The position numbers were made by a program, and so were the translations under genes. Shown in pieces: positions 10,287 through 20,592 of a stretch of DNA of 64,000 bases. Numbering within the stretch: position 1 is the first letter of the stretch; every line of letters starts with the position of its first letter. The notes beneath the pieces are model-generated. The model worked only from the letters and a program-made list of their open reading frames with translations, had not been told where the DNA came from and searched no databases. Origin of the DNA: Methanobacteriota archaeon (lineage in GTDB: Archaea; Thermoplasmatota; Poseidoniia; Poseidoniales; Thalassarchaeaceae); the NCBI GenBank assembly GCA_028355015.1, contig JAOMRN010000005.1, forward strand, positions 18,022 through 82,021, read 5' to 3'.

Positions 10287-11377
10287 ATCGTGTATTTGGG
10301 AAGCCTATGTTAGGCCTTATCGATTCTGAAAAAGCACATAGTTTAGGGATTTCTGTATTGACAAACTTTGGTCAAACATCTGTAGGTCGTAAAGTTCTTG
10401 ATAGCCTCTATCATGCTCCTGAATTACCAACACAAGTATTTGGAATGGATTTTCAGCATCCTTTGGGACTTGCAGCAGGGTTTGATAAAAAAGCGCAGGC
10501 ATTATCTGCATGGCCATCTTTAGGTTTTTCTTGGATTGAATATGGTGGAGTTACTAGATTCCCTCAAGATGGAAATCCTAAACCGCGAATGTTCAGGGCG
10601 AATAAAGAAAATGCTCTAGTTAATAGAATGGGATTTAACAACCCCGGTTCTCTAGCTGTACGAGATAGTCTACTTGAAAGAAGATCCAAGGGCCAGTGGC
10701 CAAATAATCCCATTGCAGCTAATATTGGTAGGTCAAAGAAAGTCTCTAACGACGATGCTCCAAATGATTATGCGTCTACTTTAGATATACTGTGGGACTT
10801 TTCAGATTTGTTTGTACTAAATGTCTCTTCACCAAATACCCCTGGGCTTAGGGAATTGCAAGGTGAGGAGCACCTTTCCAAGGTTCTTGAGGCATGTAAT
10901 AATATTCGTGATAGGAAACAGGATTTCAAACCTATTTTACTCAAATTTTCTCCAGATATGGAAGATGAAATATTATTAAATTCTGTTGAAACTGCCATGA
11001 AATCAAAGATAAATGGTTTTGTAGCAACAAACACTACTGTGTCTCGATATGTACCGAAGAATTCTCAATCTCGTTCTGTTTTCGCACAAACTGGAGGGCT
11101 ATCTGGAAGACCTCTCCAAGCGCGTTCTTTAGAAGTAGTTAATTTGTTGTATGATTATACCGATTCTAAAGTCCCATTAGTAGGTGTAGGCGGCATTGAT
11201 TCAGTAGATTCAGCATGGGATATGATAAATTCGGGGGCATCATTGATACAGTTATATTCTGCATTAGTTTTCCAAGGTCCTTCTGTAGTATCTCACATAA
11301 TAAAAGGTCTCAAGAGAAAAATTAACGAAAATAACTTTTCAAATATTGATGAAGTAGTTGGTTATTACCATAAATGA
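10274..11377 (+). CDS. pyrD: Dihydroorotate dehydrogenase (quinone, class 2)
   Basis: GLAAGFDK, GNPKPRMFR, NRMGFNN, NVSSPNTPGLR, GGLSG. Confidence 0.95.
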   Translation: MGLPYRVFGKPMLGLIDSEKAHSLGISVLTNFGQTSVGRKVLDSLYHAPELPTQVFGMDFQHPLGLAAGFDKKAQALSAWPSLGFSWIEYGGVTRFPQDGNPKPRMFRANKENALVNRMGFNNPGSLAVRDSLLERRSKGQWPNNPIAANIGRSKKVSNDDAPNDYASTLDILWDFSDLFVLNVSSPNTPGLRELQGEEHLSKVLEACNNIRDRKQDFKPILLKFSPDMEDEILLNSVETAMKSKINGFVATNTTVSRYVPKNSQSRSVFAQTGGLSGRPLQARSLEVVNLLYDYTDSKVPLVGVGGIDSVDSAWDMINSGASLIQLYSALVFQGPSVVSHIIKGLKRKINENNFSNIDEVVGYYHK

Positions 11378-11417
11378 ATATCATAAACCTCTTGAGTATC
11401 ATTCACTTGGGAGATTC

Positions 11418-11801
11418 ATGTCTGCAACTAGATCAACGAGATTGTTGATTGTTGGCGTTGCTTTACTTGCTCTAATTTCATTAATGCTAATCAGTGTAGA
11501 TCCTGAAGTACAATATACTGTAGATGAAATTATGGAATCTCCGAGTGATTTCGAAGACGAAGAAGTTCATCTTAGAGGTATTGTAATGGAGGGTTCTGTA
11601 GATGATGTAAACAAAGTTTTCATCCTTTCAGGTACTGAAGCACAGATATTCGTAGATATTTCTTATGTCGCATTACCCGATGGTTTCGCTGAAGGCTATG
11701 TTATTGCAGTTAAGGGCGATCTTCTCAAAGTTGATGATAAATGGATAATTTCTGCCAACTCGATACAGACCGGTTGCCCTTCAAAATATGATGCGGAATG
11801 A
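11418..11801 (+). CDS. ccmE: Cytochrome c maturation heme chaperone CcmE (CxxxY variant)
   Basis: N-terminal TM, OB-fold-like LPDGF.EG..V.G, terminal CPSKY motif. Confidence 0.8.
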   Translation: MSATRSTRLLIVGVALLALISLMLISVDPEVQYTVDEIMESPSDFEDEEVHLRGIVMEGSVDDVNKVFILSGTEAQIFVDISYVALPDGFAEGYVIAVKGDLLKVDDKWIISANSIQTGCPSKYDAE

Positions 11802-11860
11802 AAAAAATCTTCTAACTCTCTTAAGGGGTTCATTAAAATGGGTCGTTAAACACGGCTATA

Positions 11861-12167
11861 TGGGCTAGGGGGAGTGTTGACGTGCTCTATTTTTCACAAA
11901 TCGTCAATAATGGTGACCCGAAGTCTGAGGGCGGCGTAAACGAGCCATCGATGACCCATTGGGCAACGTCGATACTTCGCCTCCAAGAGATGCAGGTTGG
12001 CATAACGAACTTCCGGAGGGAAATTCGAAGTGCCTTATACCCGGGAACCAGGTCAGGCGCGGAAGCGAGCAGCCCGACTGGGGATGCTGGATGCCTTGGA
12101 ATAGCGGAGTTGAGAAGTTCAATGATATATTATCGATGATGACGAGCGTCCACCGAAGACGTGCCCA
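11861..12167 (+). ncRNA. ffs: Archaeal signal recognition particle (7S) RNA
   Basis: GC-rich island; 5' TGGGC pairs with 3' GCCCA; helix-8 motif GGTCAGGCGC-GGAA-GCGAGCAGCC; helix-6 TTCC-GGAG-GGAA; Alu kissing loops TTGACG/CGTCAA. Confidence 0.9.
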
Positions 12168-12650
12168 CTAATTTTTATTCCGTGGTATACCCTTGAGATC
12201 GCCCATTTGGCACACAATTTCAAAGTGTTTTTCGGTAACTGGTTGTACTGATAACCTACTTCCTTTCATTAATAGTTTCATGCCGTCTAATGCAGGGTTA
12301 TCTCTCATTTCTTGTAGAGGTATTATTCTGTTCATTCCTTCAATTGGCTTGATATTTACCATCATCCATCTTGGATTTTCAGGAGTAGCCTTCTCATCAT
12401 AATAATTAGATGAAGGATCTTGAGCGGTATGGTCTGGATAACCTTCCTTGCATATTTCTGCTACACCTGCGACATGAGGTGGTTTAAAATTCGAATGATA
12501 GAATAGTACTAAATCACCTAATTTCATATCATCTCTCATCATATTTCTAGCTTGATAATTTCTCACTCCGTCCCAGTGTGTTTCACCATCTTCAACTAGC
12601 ATTTCCCACGGGTAAACATGTGGTTCACTCTTCATCAACCAGTAATTCAT
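12168..12650 (-). CDS. EVE domain protein
   Basis: MNYWLMKSEP, WDGVRNYQARN, GDLVLFYHS, SRLSVQPV. Confidence 0.92.
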   Translation of the reverse strand: MNYWLMKSEPHVYPWEMLVEDGETHWDGVRNYQARNMMRDDMKLGDLVLFYHSNFKPPHVAGVAEICKEGYPDHTAQDPSSNYYDEKATPENPRWMMVNIKPIEGMNRIIPLQEMRDNPALDGMKLLMKGSRLSVQPVTEKHFEIVCQMGDLKGIPRNKN

Positions 12651-12687
12651 GTTCCTACGGAGACCAACGAGTGAATGAAAGTTTTCG

Positions 12688-15630
12688 TCACCAAGCATCT
12701 TCTGCAGAGCCCATGATTAATGTTGCATCGATTGCATCCGCCTCATCTCTCTGAATTGCTCTTTTGAGGCCAGCAGTTTGAACCATTCTAGATACTCCTC
12801 CAGTCAAATTAACATTCGCTTTAACCATTAATGAGTAAATTGCAGGCAATAATATTAGTGCAGAAATAGCCGCTATAATTAACAATACAATTATCACCTT
12901 AATGAATGGTCCAATTGCTGGGATTGGTATACCCAATGCGCATAACATACCTGCTGAAGTAACCGTCGTAGCTTCGAACAAACTCATGCCTGTGCTGGCA
13001 CATGCAGATTTTATTGCTTCTAGTGACCCGCCTAATTCCCGGACTCTGTTAGCTATATGTATTGAGAAATCCACCCCCACTCCTACCAGTATTGATCCTA
13101 TCATTACAGTAACTAGGGACATAGATACTCCCCAAGAATCCATTATTAGCCATTGCATTGCCACTGTAAAACCTACAGGTAGTGTGGTCAATAATGCATA
13201 GAAAATATCTCTAAATACAAGAGCTAAGACGATTACTGTGAAAAGCAGAGCATAAAATAATGACCTCCATTGCGATCCTACAATTAAATCGTTAACTTCA
13301 ATGGTGACAGATGCAACTCCGATAAGTTCAGGTTCTCCGTTGGTGCCTCCAAGTCCTGAATTAGCAGCGTGTTTGTTAACTAAATAAGTAGCCTCTTCTG
13401 TACCTACAACATCCATGAATGGCATATCGATATATATTAGGCTACTCTCAAATTCTCCCGAGATAAATAATTCTCTCATTTCAACAGTTAGACTCTCATA
13501 GAACACGTAGAGTAAGAAGTTTTGAGCCTGCTGTCCCCCTAGTTCCTGTGCATCTAAAGTGTCAAGAGTTCTCCAAAAGGACGCATTTCCTGATTGTCCG
13601 TTATCGAATACTAAATGTCCTAGATCTTTGATTGATTGAGGTACACCAGGGGTTTCGTCAATTATATCGGCAATAGGAGCTCCCGAAACATTTACCGATA
13701 CGGCTATCGCTTTCATCAAGAAAACTATGGATACTGCAGTAACTTTCTCAACTTCTGCACATTGCCGCTCGAGTTTTTCTATTTTTTCCAACCCACTATA
13801 AGGGTCTTGAACGGTCGGAGATAAAAAATCAGGACTCGCTAAGATGTCTTCTGATATTTTTAGAAAACCGGGCTGTCCTGATTCGAATTCATCACTGTAT
13901 AGTTTCATCGCTTGCACCGCCTCTACATCCTTCGGGGCCATTTCTAACAAGTCAAGATTTGATTCGACTTGTTCTCTAGAATATCCTGCAGAGATAATCA
14001 TTGCTATCATAAATAATGCTAAAGTTACTTTAGTCCATTTAATAGGTATAGAAACAATTTTTACAAATACATCGGGTGGTGGATGAGAAGGTTTCTTTAA
14101 ATCTAATATTAATGTTAAATTAGGTACCATCAGCATCGTCATCACATATACTACAACAATACCAAATGCAAGAGATATACCTACTGTTTGTATTGGTGCC
14201 ATTGGAGTTAATGCTAAGGAAATAAAACCAATTATAGTTGTCATAGCAGACAAAAACACTGCTCTTCCGGTTGAGTTTAATGCCTCTTCTATTTTTTCTT
14301 CTGGTGTGCCTTTAGCTTCTGCGTAACGATTTGTTATGTGAAGCCCATATGATACACCTAGTGCAAGAACAATCGGTCCGACAATAATTACAGTCATTGT
14401 AACTTCATAGTTGGTAAATCCTATGATACCCATTGTCAAGAAAACTGAACATAAAGTTGGCAGACCTGCGATTATTAAGACCTTAACTCCTTGAACAAGT
14501 CGAAACCTTCCTGTTTGTAATAAGTCGCAATGGAATAAGAATAAAGTTATGGCTACTAAGACGACACCAATTGGAAATACGTTCCAAAAGAGATTGAAAG
14601 ATTCTTCAGTAACTGCGTTAGTGATAGGAGCGGGTCCGGTTAATGTCATGTTGAGGCCTAACTCTGACCAATATGTGTTCTCTGGATATGGTTTGTCTGA
14701 TGATTCATTTATGACACTTTTTAGATTATCAATATTACTTTGAGTCAATTCAATGATTCCGGGGACATCCGCGTCACTTGAGATTCCCATGATTATAACT
14801 GCCCGATTCCATTGAGGTACTCCAGAATCATTGAGATTCTGTTCCGCACCTTCTCCACCAACATCTCTGACTAGTTTATCTAAAGCATTTTGAGGCATTT
14901 CTCCTAATATCTGATCCACTCTGTTTTGTTCATCAGGTATAGCGTAGTTTCCTAAAATATCTTGCTGCTCATCAATTATTTCATTAAACTGTTCAGCGAG
15001 TTCATCTTGGCCAAGTGCTGTTCCTAATCCTGAGGTAAATGCTTTGGCTACTCTGCCAGCACTAGAATTAACTTCTTTGATTACAGCAGAAAGAGATAAA
15101 ACATATATTATTTCATCATTTTCACCACCATCATTTCGATCGTAATTCATCGCATTTTCCATAGCATCTATCTGGTCTAGAATCGGGAGAAGGGAAATAT
15201 TGTATTTATCTGACTCTACATAGATTATCATGACATTTGTTGTCCAATCTTCTTCTACTTCTTCTATTAAAACTGCTACTTGCGAACCATCAGGCAAGTA
15301 AACTTCTAAATCACCATTTACATTCATTGATGATTCTTCATTACAGATTGAATTTTGAAATTGCTCTCTACAATCTATAGCTCCTGAATGCAAAGTAAAG
15401 AAACCAGTAACAACTAAACATAAAACAACTGTTAAAACAGGTGCTTTAACTAAAGCCTGAGTACCAGTCATTCCCGACATAGATCTTCTAATCTTATTTG
15501 GTGTCATTATCACTGTATCTTTTAAAGAATTTAAGTCAATATTTTTCATTGATTGTTTTATTGAAGAAGATGTATTCGCAAGACTTCTAGACGTTTTTTT
15601 TCCAGATTTTTCATCACCTCCTGGAACCAT
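12688..15630 (-). CDS. MMPL/RND (HAE3-like) transporter
   Basis: Two TM blocks with GVSYGLHI/GVDFSIHI and STGRAVFLSAMTTIIGF motifs, two large extracytoplasmic loops. Confidence 0.85.
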   Translation of the reverse strand: MVPGGDEKSGKKTSRSLANTSSSIKQSMKNIDLNSLKDTVIMTPNKIRRSMSGMTGTQALVKAPVLTVVLCLVVTGFFTLHSGAIDCREQFQNSICNEESSMNVNGDLEVYLPDGSQVAVLIEEVEEDWTTNVMIIYVESDKYNISLLPILDQIDAMENAMNYDRNDGGENDEIIYVLSLSAVIKEVNSSAGRVAKAFTSGLGTALGQDELAEQFNEIIDEQQDILGNYAIPDEQNRVDQILGEMPQNALDKLVRDVGGEGAEQNLNDSGVPQWNRAVIIMGISSDADVPGIIELTQSNIDNLKSVINESSDKPYPENTYWSELGLNMTLTGPAPITNAVTEESFNLFWNVFPIGVVLVAITLFLFHCDLLQTGRFRLVQGVKVLIIAGLPTLCSVFLTMGIIGFTNYEVTMTVIIVGPIVLALGVSYGLHITNRYAEAKGTPEEKIEEALNSTGRAVFLSAMTTIIGFISLALTPMAPIQTVGISLAFGIVVVYVMTMLMVPNLTLILDLKKPSHPPPDVFVKIVSIPIKWTKVTLALFMIAMIISAGYSREQVESNLDLLEMAPKDVEAVQAMKLYSDEFESGQPGFLKISEDILASPDFLSPTVQDPYSGLEKIEKLERQCAEVEKVTAVSIVFLMKAIAVSVNVSGAPIADIIDETPGVPQSIKDLGHLVFDNGQSGNASFWRTLDTLDAQELGGQQAQNFLLYVFYESLTVEMRELFISGEFESSLIYIDMPFMDVVGTEEATYLVNKHAANSGLGGTNGEPELIGVASVTIEVNDLIVGSQWRSLFYALLFTVIVLALVFRDIFYALLTTLPVGFTVAMQWLIMDSWGVSMSLVTVMIGSILVGVGVDFSIHIANRVRELGGSLEAIKSACASTGMSLFEATTVTSAGMLCALGIPIPAIGPFIKVIIVLLIIAAISALILLPAIYSLMVKANVNLTGGVSRMVQTAGLKRAIQRDEADAIDATLIMGSAEDAW

Positions 15631-15776
15631 AACACTACCCTCTCATGTATTCGTGGTCGAGGAAGGGACTTCAACCCAACGCTCTCCATCTCATTCTAAA
15701 CCGTATTTCGTTCATATTGCTAACTCGGCAATAGTCAAGAATAAGTTACTGCGGGGTTAGTACATACCGCTCAGGT

Positions 15777-18251
15777 GTGATTGTCATGGGTAAGCCGAAA
15801 ATAACGGATAAAAGATGGTCAATAGACCTTGAAAAACGCATACAAGAGGAGCACTATGGCGAATCTTATAGTTCACGCTATTCATTCAATCCAAATTCAG
15901 AAAAAGAAATTTTTGTGATAGATACTCCTCCTCCATATCCTAGTGGGACGTGGCATATTGGTGCTGTAGCACAATACAGTATGATAGATGTGATTGCCCG
16001 CAGTCAGAGATTATTAGGGAAAGAGGTATATTTTCCATGGGGAGTAGATCGTAATGGAATAAACATTGAATTCACTGTAGAGAAAAAAACAGGGAAGAAA
16101 ATGAGAACCTTTGAAAGGGGAGAATTCATTGATTTATGTAAAGAAACTATTGAAGAATATACTCAAGCAATGAGAGAGACCGCTTGCCGAGTAGGTTTGT
16201 CATGTTCTTTCGAGTCTGAATATCTTACCGATTCTCCTGAATACAGGGGCGTTACCCAATCAATATTTGTAGATTTATTTAAGAAGGGGAATATTATTGA
16301 AGATTTACGCCCTAACATTTACGACCCCGTCGAAGGTACTACAATTGCCGATGCCGAAGTGCAAAGAATATCTCGCCGAACTAAACTTTGTGATATTCTT
16401 TGGAAAACTGAAGAGGGAGAGGAAGTAGTAATCACGACAACCCGTCCAGAATTAATTTGTGCATGTGGTATAGTATTGGTACATCCCGAGGATAGCCGAT
16501 ATGCACATTTAGTTGGTAAAGAATTAATTTTACCTCTTCCTGTAAATGGACGAACTAAGAAAGTTCTTGTTTCATCCCATCATTCTGTGAAAATGGATTT
16601 TGGTTCAGGAGTTTTGATGGTATGTTCATTTGGCGACCAGAATGATGTTTCAGTCTTCAGAGAGTTTGGTCTTGAGCCATTTGTTGCAATTAATCTCAAA
16701 GGTGAGATGACTGATATATCTGGTCCTCTTTCTGGGCTTACAGTGTTAGATGCTAGGAAAAGAGCAATTGAAATTCTTGATGATAGCGGTGTCTTATCTT
16801 CTATAATTGATCATGAACAAGAAATACCTGTTAGTGAAAGAGGGAATAATCCTGTGGAAATAATATTGCTTAAAGAGTGGTATGTTCGACAAACACATAC
16901 GTTAGAACGTATGAACGAACTAATTTCTGAAATTAACTTCATACCCCCTAGAAACAAGCAATTCCTTGATGATTGGATGCAAAATATATCCATTGATTGG
17001 CCGATTTCTAGAAGGCGTTGGTACCATACAGAAGTTCCAATTTGGTATAGTGAAGATGGAAATAAGGTCGTCGTACCACCTTCAGGAGGGTATGTGCAAC
17101 CTTGGAGAGATTCTCCACCTTCTGGATCAGAAGTATTAGATCGTGTAACCCGGACAAAGTTAGGAAGTTATGATCAACTCTCGAACGAGTTAGGGACACT
17201 AACTGGTGAAGAGAAAGTGTTTGATACTTGGATGGATTCTTCTAATTCTAACTTATTTGTATCGGGATACGGTAAGGATGAAGAATTATTCAATAGAGCT
17301 TTCCCTACTGCTTTACGTCCTCAAGGTAAGGAAATTGTCAGAACATGGCTATACTACACATTGCTAAAAAGCACTCTTTTATTGGATAAACCTGGTTTTG
17401 CTAATATATGGATAGATGGACTAGGAATGGATCCATGGGGGCGTAAAATGTCTAAGTCTCTTGGTAACGGTATTGATGCTAATTCAGTATTAGAATGTGG
17501 TGCAGGTGGAAGGACTGGGTCATGGAAGATCAAAGGTTCAGACGGCAAGCAAGTAAATCTCAAAGCCAATAAAATTGGAAGTGAATGTTTCCGTCTTTGG
17601 AAAGCCTGTGATGCTCAGGTAGGAGATGACTTCCATATCAACCCCGAAGAAATTGAAGCAAAATATTTTGGTATTTTAACAAAAATATTCAATGTTGCTA
17701 GGTTTGCGAGTCAGTTTGATGTGCCATTAGATTTAGATACAGTTCCTTCTGATTTAGAACCAGAAGATAAATGGATTCTCTCAGAGTTTGGGCAAACTAT
17801 GTCTAAAGTCGAAGAATCTTGGGAAAATGTAGATATCTATAATGCCGCTCAATCAATTAAGAATTTCAGTACTGGAGTTTTTCCAAGTCATTGGTTGGAG
17901 ATGGTGAAGTCACGCTTGTATGATGGTGATGAAATCGCATCATGGACACTACACCGAATTGTTAGAGACATTCTAACCACTTTAAGTCCAATATGTCCAT
18001 TTTTCACTCACTATCTTTCTACGACATTGTATGGCAATAGTTCTGTAGATGTCAGAGAATTCCCAGCAATTATCTCTAGTGACAAAGATCTTCTCAAATT
18101 AACTGATTCACTTATTGAATTTAATTCCGAAGTATGGAAAACAAAGAAAGATTCAGGAATATCCCTTAACACAGAAATATCTGATATTATAATCCCTGAA
18201 GAATTAGAAGTATTAACTACTTCTCTCAATAGGATGCATAGGATAACTTAA
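15777..18251 (+). CDS. valS: Valyl-tRNA synthetase (archaeal type)
   Basis: IDTPPPYPSG.WHIG, TTRPEL, GSGVLMVCSFGD, WPISRRR, FDTWMDSS, RPQGKEI, KMSKS. Confidence 0.93.
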   Translation: MIVMGKPKITDKRWSIDLEKRIQEEHYGESYSSRYSFNPNSEKEIFVIDTPPPYPSGTWHIGAVAQYSMIDVIARSQRLLGKEVYFPWGVDRNGINIEFTVEKKTGKKMRTFERGEFIDLCKETIEEYTQAMRETACRVGLSCSFESEYLTDSPEYRGVTQSIFVDLFKKGNIIEDLRPNIYDPVEGTTIADAEVQRISRRTKLCDILWKTEEGEEVVITTTRPELICACGIVLVHPEDSRYAHLVGKELILPLPVNGRTKKVLVSSHHSVKMDFGSGVLMVCSFGDQNDVSVFREFGLEPFVAINLKGEMTDISGPLSGLTVLDARKRAIEILDDSGVLSSIIDHEQEIPVSERGNNPVEIILLKEWYVRQTHTLERMNELISEINFIPPRNKQFLDDWMQNISIDWPISRRRWYHTEVPIWYSEDGNKVVVPPSGGYVQPWRDSPPSGSEVLDRVTRTKLGSYDQLSNELGTLTGEEKVFDTWMDSSNSNLFVSGYGKDEELFNRAFPTALRPQGKEIVRTWLYYTLLKSTLLLDKPGFANIWIDGLGMDPWGRKMSKSLGNGIDANSVLECGAGGRTGSWKIKGSDGKQVNLKANKIGSECFRLWKACDAQVGDDFHINPEEIEAKYFGILTKIFNVARFASQFDVPLDLDTVPSDLEPEDKWILSEFGQTMSKVEESWENVDIYNAAQSIKNFSTGVFPSHWLEMVKSRLYDGDEIASWTLHRIVRDILTTLSPICPFFTHYLSTTLYGNSSVDVREFPAIISSDKDLLKLTDSLIEFNSEVWKTKKDSGISLNTEISDIIIPEELEVLTTSLNRMHRIT

Positions 18252-19225
18252 TTCAGAGCAGTCGAAGGTTTTTCCCCCTCTAAATGTTCGATGATAAGTC
18301 CCGCCATTTCAATTCCAATTCTTTCTTGTGCTTCTTTAGTAGCAGCACCAATATGTGGTGTCCCATGAAAATTTTCATGCTTGAACAATGGATTATTAAT
18401 TGCAGGTTCGATTTCAAATACATCCAAAGCTACACTAGAAAGTTGTCCACTTTCTAGTCCTTCTAATGCAGCGTTTTCATCTATGATTCCTCCTCTAGCG
18501 CAATTAATTAGGTGATTTCCACATTCTATTCCATCACTTCCTCTACCTGGCATTAAATTAATCCTTGAAGCATTGGCCAAATGATAGGTTTCTTCTGTTA
18601 AGTTACAATGTATGGATATGTGTGTACACATCTTGAATACACTATCTACGTCTTTATACAAAACACAACCTTGTTTCCTCGCTACTTCATCTGTTACATA
18701 TGGGTCATATGCATGTAATTCCATACCTAATGCTCTGGCTGCAGCCCCAACACCCTGAGCAATTCTCCCATATCCTATTAATCCCAAGGATTTCCCAGAA
18801 AGTTCTGATCCAACTAGTTCTTTTTTAGCCCAAACACCATTTCTTAATTTCCGATCTGCTATTGCTATATTCCTACAGGAAGCGAGAAGGTGTGCTATTG
18901 TCATTTCAACTACACTTCTTGTCGACGCTCTAGGGGTATTACATACTGTGATATTATTTTCAGTTGCAATTTGAATATCGATATTATCTACTCCAACTCC
19001 GGCTCTACCGATAAATGAAAGTCCCTTATTTCCATTTCTTGACGCTAAGATCACTTCTTCGGTCATTTTTGTCGCACTTCTAATTACTACTGCATCAAAA
19101 TCTAATAATACTCCGCCTAGTAATTCTTCCTTGGAATAATGTTGAATCACTACCTCGTGTCCTGAAGAAACTATCATTTCAACTGCTTTTTTGTCCATTC
19201 CATCTGTAACAGCGACTCTCGCCAT
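18248..19225 (-). CDS. D-isomer 2-hydroxyacid dehydrogenase (SerA-like, no ACT domain)
   Basis: RAGVGVDNID, GLIGYGRI, NCARGGI, ALDVFE.EP, TPHIGAATKEAQ. Confidence 0.85.
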   Translation of the reverse strand: MARVAVTDGMDKKAVEMIVSSGHEVVIQHYSKEELLGGVLLDFDAVVIRSATKMTEEVILASRNGNKGLSFIGRAGVGVDNIDIQIATENNITVCNTPRASTRSVVEMTIAHLLASCRNIAIADRKLRNGVWAKKELVGSELSGKSLGLIGYGRIAQGVGAAARALGMELHAYDPYVTDEVARKQGCVLYKDVDSVFKMCTHISIHCNLTEETYHLANASRINLMPGRGSDGIECGNHLINCARGGIIDENAALEGLESGQLSSVALDVFEIEPAINNPLFKHENFHGTPHIGAATKEAQERIGIEMAGLIIEHLEGEKPSTALN

Positions 19226-19328
19226 AACTCTTCTAGTATAACTTACTCAATCAATATTACTAATGTAAATCATCAACCTTAGTATTCATAATCCGGTACC
19301 CGATGCGCTTACACAGAGGTAAGGTATT

Positions 19329-19793
19329 ATGACTGATAAAGGAATAAATAATGATGAGATATTAACAATAGAAGCAAGTGCACATTGTGATGGTCCATGT
19401 GGGGTATATGATCCTGCTAGCGCTCGAGTAGCCGCTGAAGCAGTACAATCAATGACTAAGAAAATGATGGCATTAGAGGTTCCAGATACTCAATCTGAGC
19501 AATTTGTGGGATATCTGAACACTATGTCGCGCTATGCAGCAATCAAAGAAGAAGAAGCACAGAAATGTAAAGATGAATTATTAGTTCTATGGACTGATTT
19601 CTTCAAGCCACAACATCTTGATTCTATACCTGAACTTCATGATACTTTCTGGCAAGCAGCAAAATTATGTTCTGCATGTAAAGTAGAAGTTTCAGTTCAA
19701 CACGCGCAAGAATTAATGGATGCTGTAGAATCTATTCACAATATGTTCTGGACGGCAAAAGGCCGTGAAGTACCATGGATTCGCGCTTCTTAG
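19329..19793 (+). CDS. sodN: Nickel superoxide dismutase precursor
   Basis: Leader followed by nickel hook HCDGPCGVYDPA; LWTDFFK; KLCSACK. Confidence 0.95.
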   Translation: MTDKGINNDEILTIEASAHCDGPCGVYDPASARVAAEAVQSMTKKMMALEVPDTQSEQFVGYLNTMSRYAAIKEEEAQKCKDELLVLWTDFFKPQHLDSIPELHDTFWQAAKLCSACKVEVSVQHAQELMDAVESIHNMFWTAKGREVPWIRAS

Positions 19794-20071
19794 ATATCAG
19801 AGTCAAAGGCGACTCAATGTGGCCCACTCTAGAAGATGGAAGTGTGGTGCGTTTTGAGAGAATTAGTGGTACAGCACTACAGATTAATCAAATAGTTCTT
19901 TGTAATCATCCATTGAGAGCGAAATTTTTAGTAATCAAAAGAATTTCATCAATTGATGATAAAACAGCCTTCTTAGTGGGGGATAACCCCGATCCTACAG
20001 CTTCAGAAGATAGTCATAATTTCGGTAGAGTCGAAATTAAAAATATTTTAGCATGTATGATTGAAAATTAA
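19775..20071 (+). CDS. sodX: Ni-SOD maturation protease (S26-like)
   Basis: VKGDSMWPTL, HP...VIKR, GDNP...SEDSH.FG; adjacent to sodN. Confidence 0.9.
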   Translation: MDSRFLDIRVKGDSMWPTLEDGSVVRFERISGTALQINQIVLCNHPLRAKFLVIKRISSIDDKTAFLVGDNPDPTASEDSHNFGRVEIKNILACMIEN

Positions 20072-20073
20072 TT

Positions 20074-20505
20074 TTAGCAACAGCCTTCATCTCTCATCGG
20101 TGCTGAAACAAATGTGATTTTATTTACATTAGCAGTATTTTGTAATTGCTCAACTATCTTGCGGAATTCCAATGCAGCCCCCATTCCTTGAATAATATCT
20201 ACGCATGTGTGACTATGTTTTAGGCAACTATGGTTGTATGAACTTATTTCTAATGCATGAGAATGTCTAATGTCCATCAGTTTGTTTTCAACACCGTGTT
20301 GATGTTGATAGTAGATAACCAAATGCCCTTCAACGATTTCATCGTCTTTCATATTATTTAATTCACCTCTTTGTTGTATCTCAGAAAAATAAAGTGAGGC
20401 GTCACGAATAAATCTACTTCTATTTTGATAACCTGATTTTTTAATAATTCCATCAAGATCATTAGCGAAATTTTTGTCAGCACTAAAGGTTATAATTTGG
20501 CTCAT
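20074..20505 (-). CDS. NikR-like RHH/ACT metalloregulator
   Basis: N-terminal ribbon-helix-helix (ITFS...GYQNRSRFIRD) plus C-terminal HQH, H-S-H, HSCLKH.H.C metal-ligand region. Confidence 0.75.
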   Translation of the reverse strand: MSQIITFSADKNFANDLDGIIKKSGYQNRSRFIRDASLYFSEIQQRGELNNMKDDEIVEGHLVIYYQHQHGVENKLMDIRHSHALEISSYNHSCLKHSHTCVDIIQGMGAALEFRKIVEQLQNTANVNKITFVSAPMRDEGCC

Positions 20506-20524
20506 AAATATTCGTGCGACTAGT

Positions 20525-20560
20525 TGTTAATAATAATTTCTAAATGAGTATTTATTAACA
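20525..20560. promoter_or_regulatory. Candidate NikR-type operator in the divergent nikR-like/SBP promoter
   Basis: Inverted repeat TGTTAATAA-N18-TTATTAACA; widely spaced half-sites as for tetrameric RHH regulators. Confidence 0.45.
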
Positions 20561-20592
20561 TTCATTATATAATTAATAGTCAGCGCAACCCC

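Noticed and set aside
11882-12171. Three short ORFs over the GC-rich island
   Set aside because: Explained by the SRP RNA gene.
19291-19304. ccGGTACCcg upstream of sodN, and GGTACC hexamers inside CDSs
   Set aside because: They lack the CAATG/CAAAG flanks and nearby arms; a hexamer alone is expected by chance.
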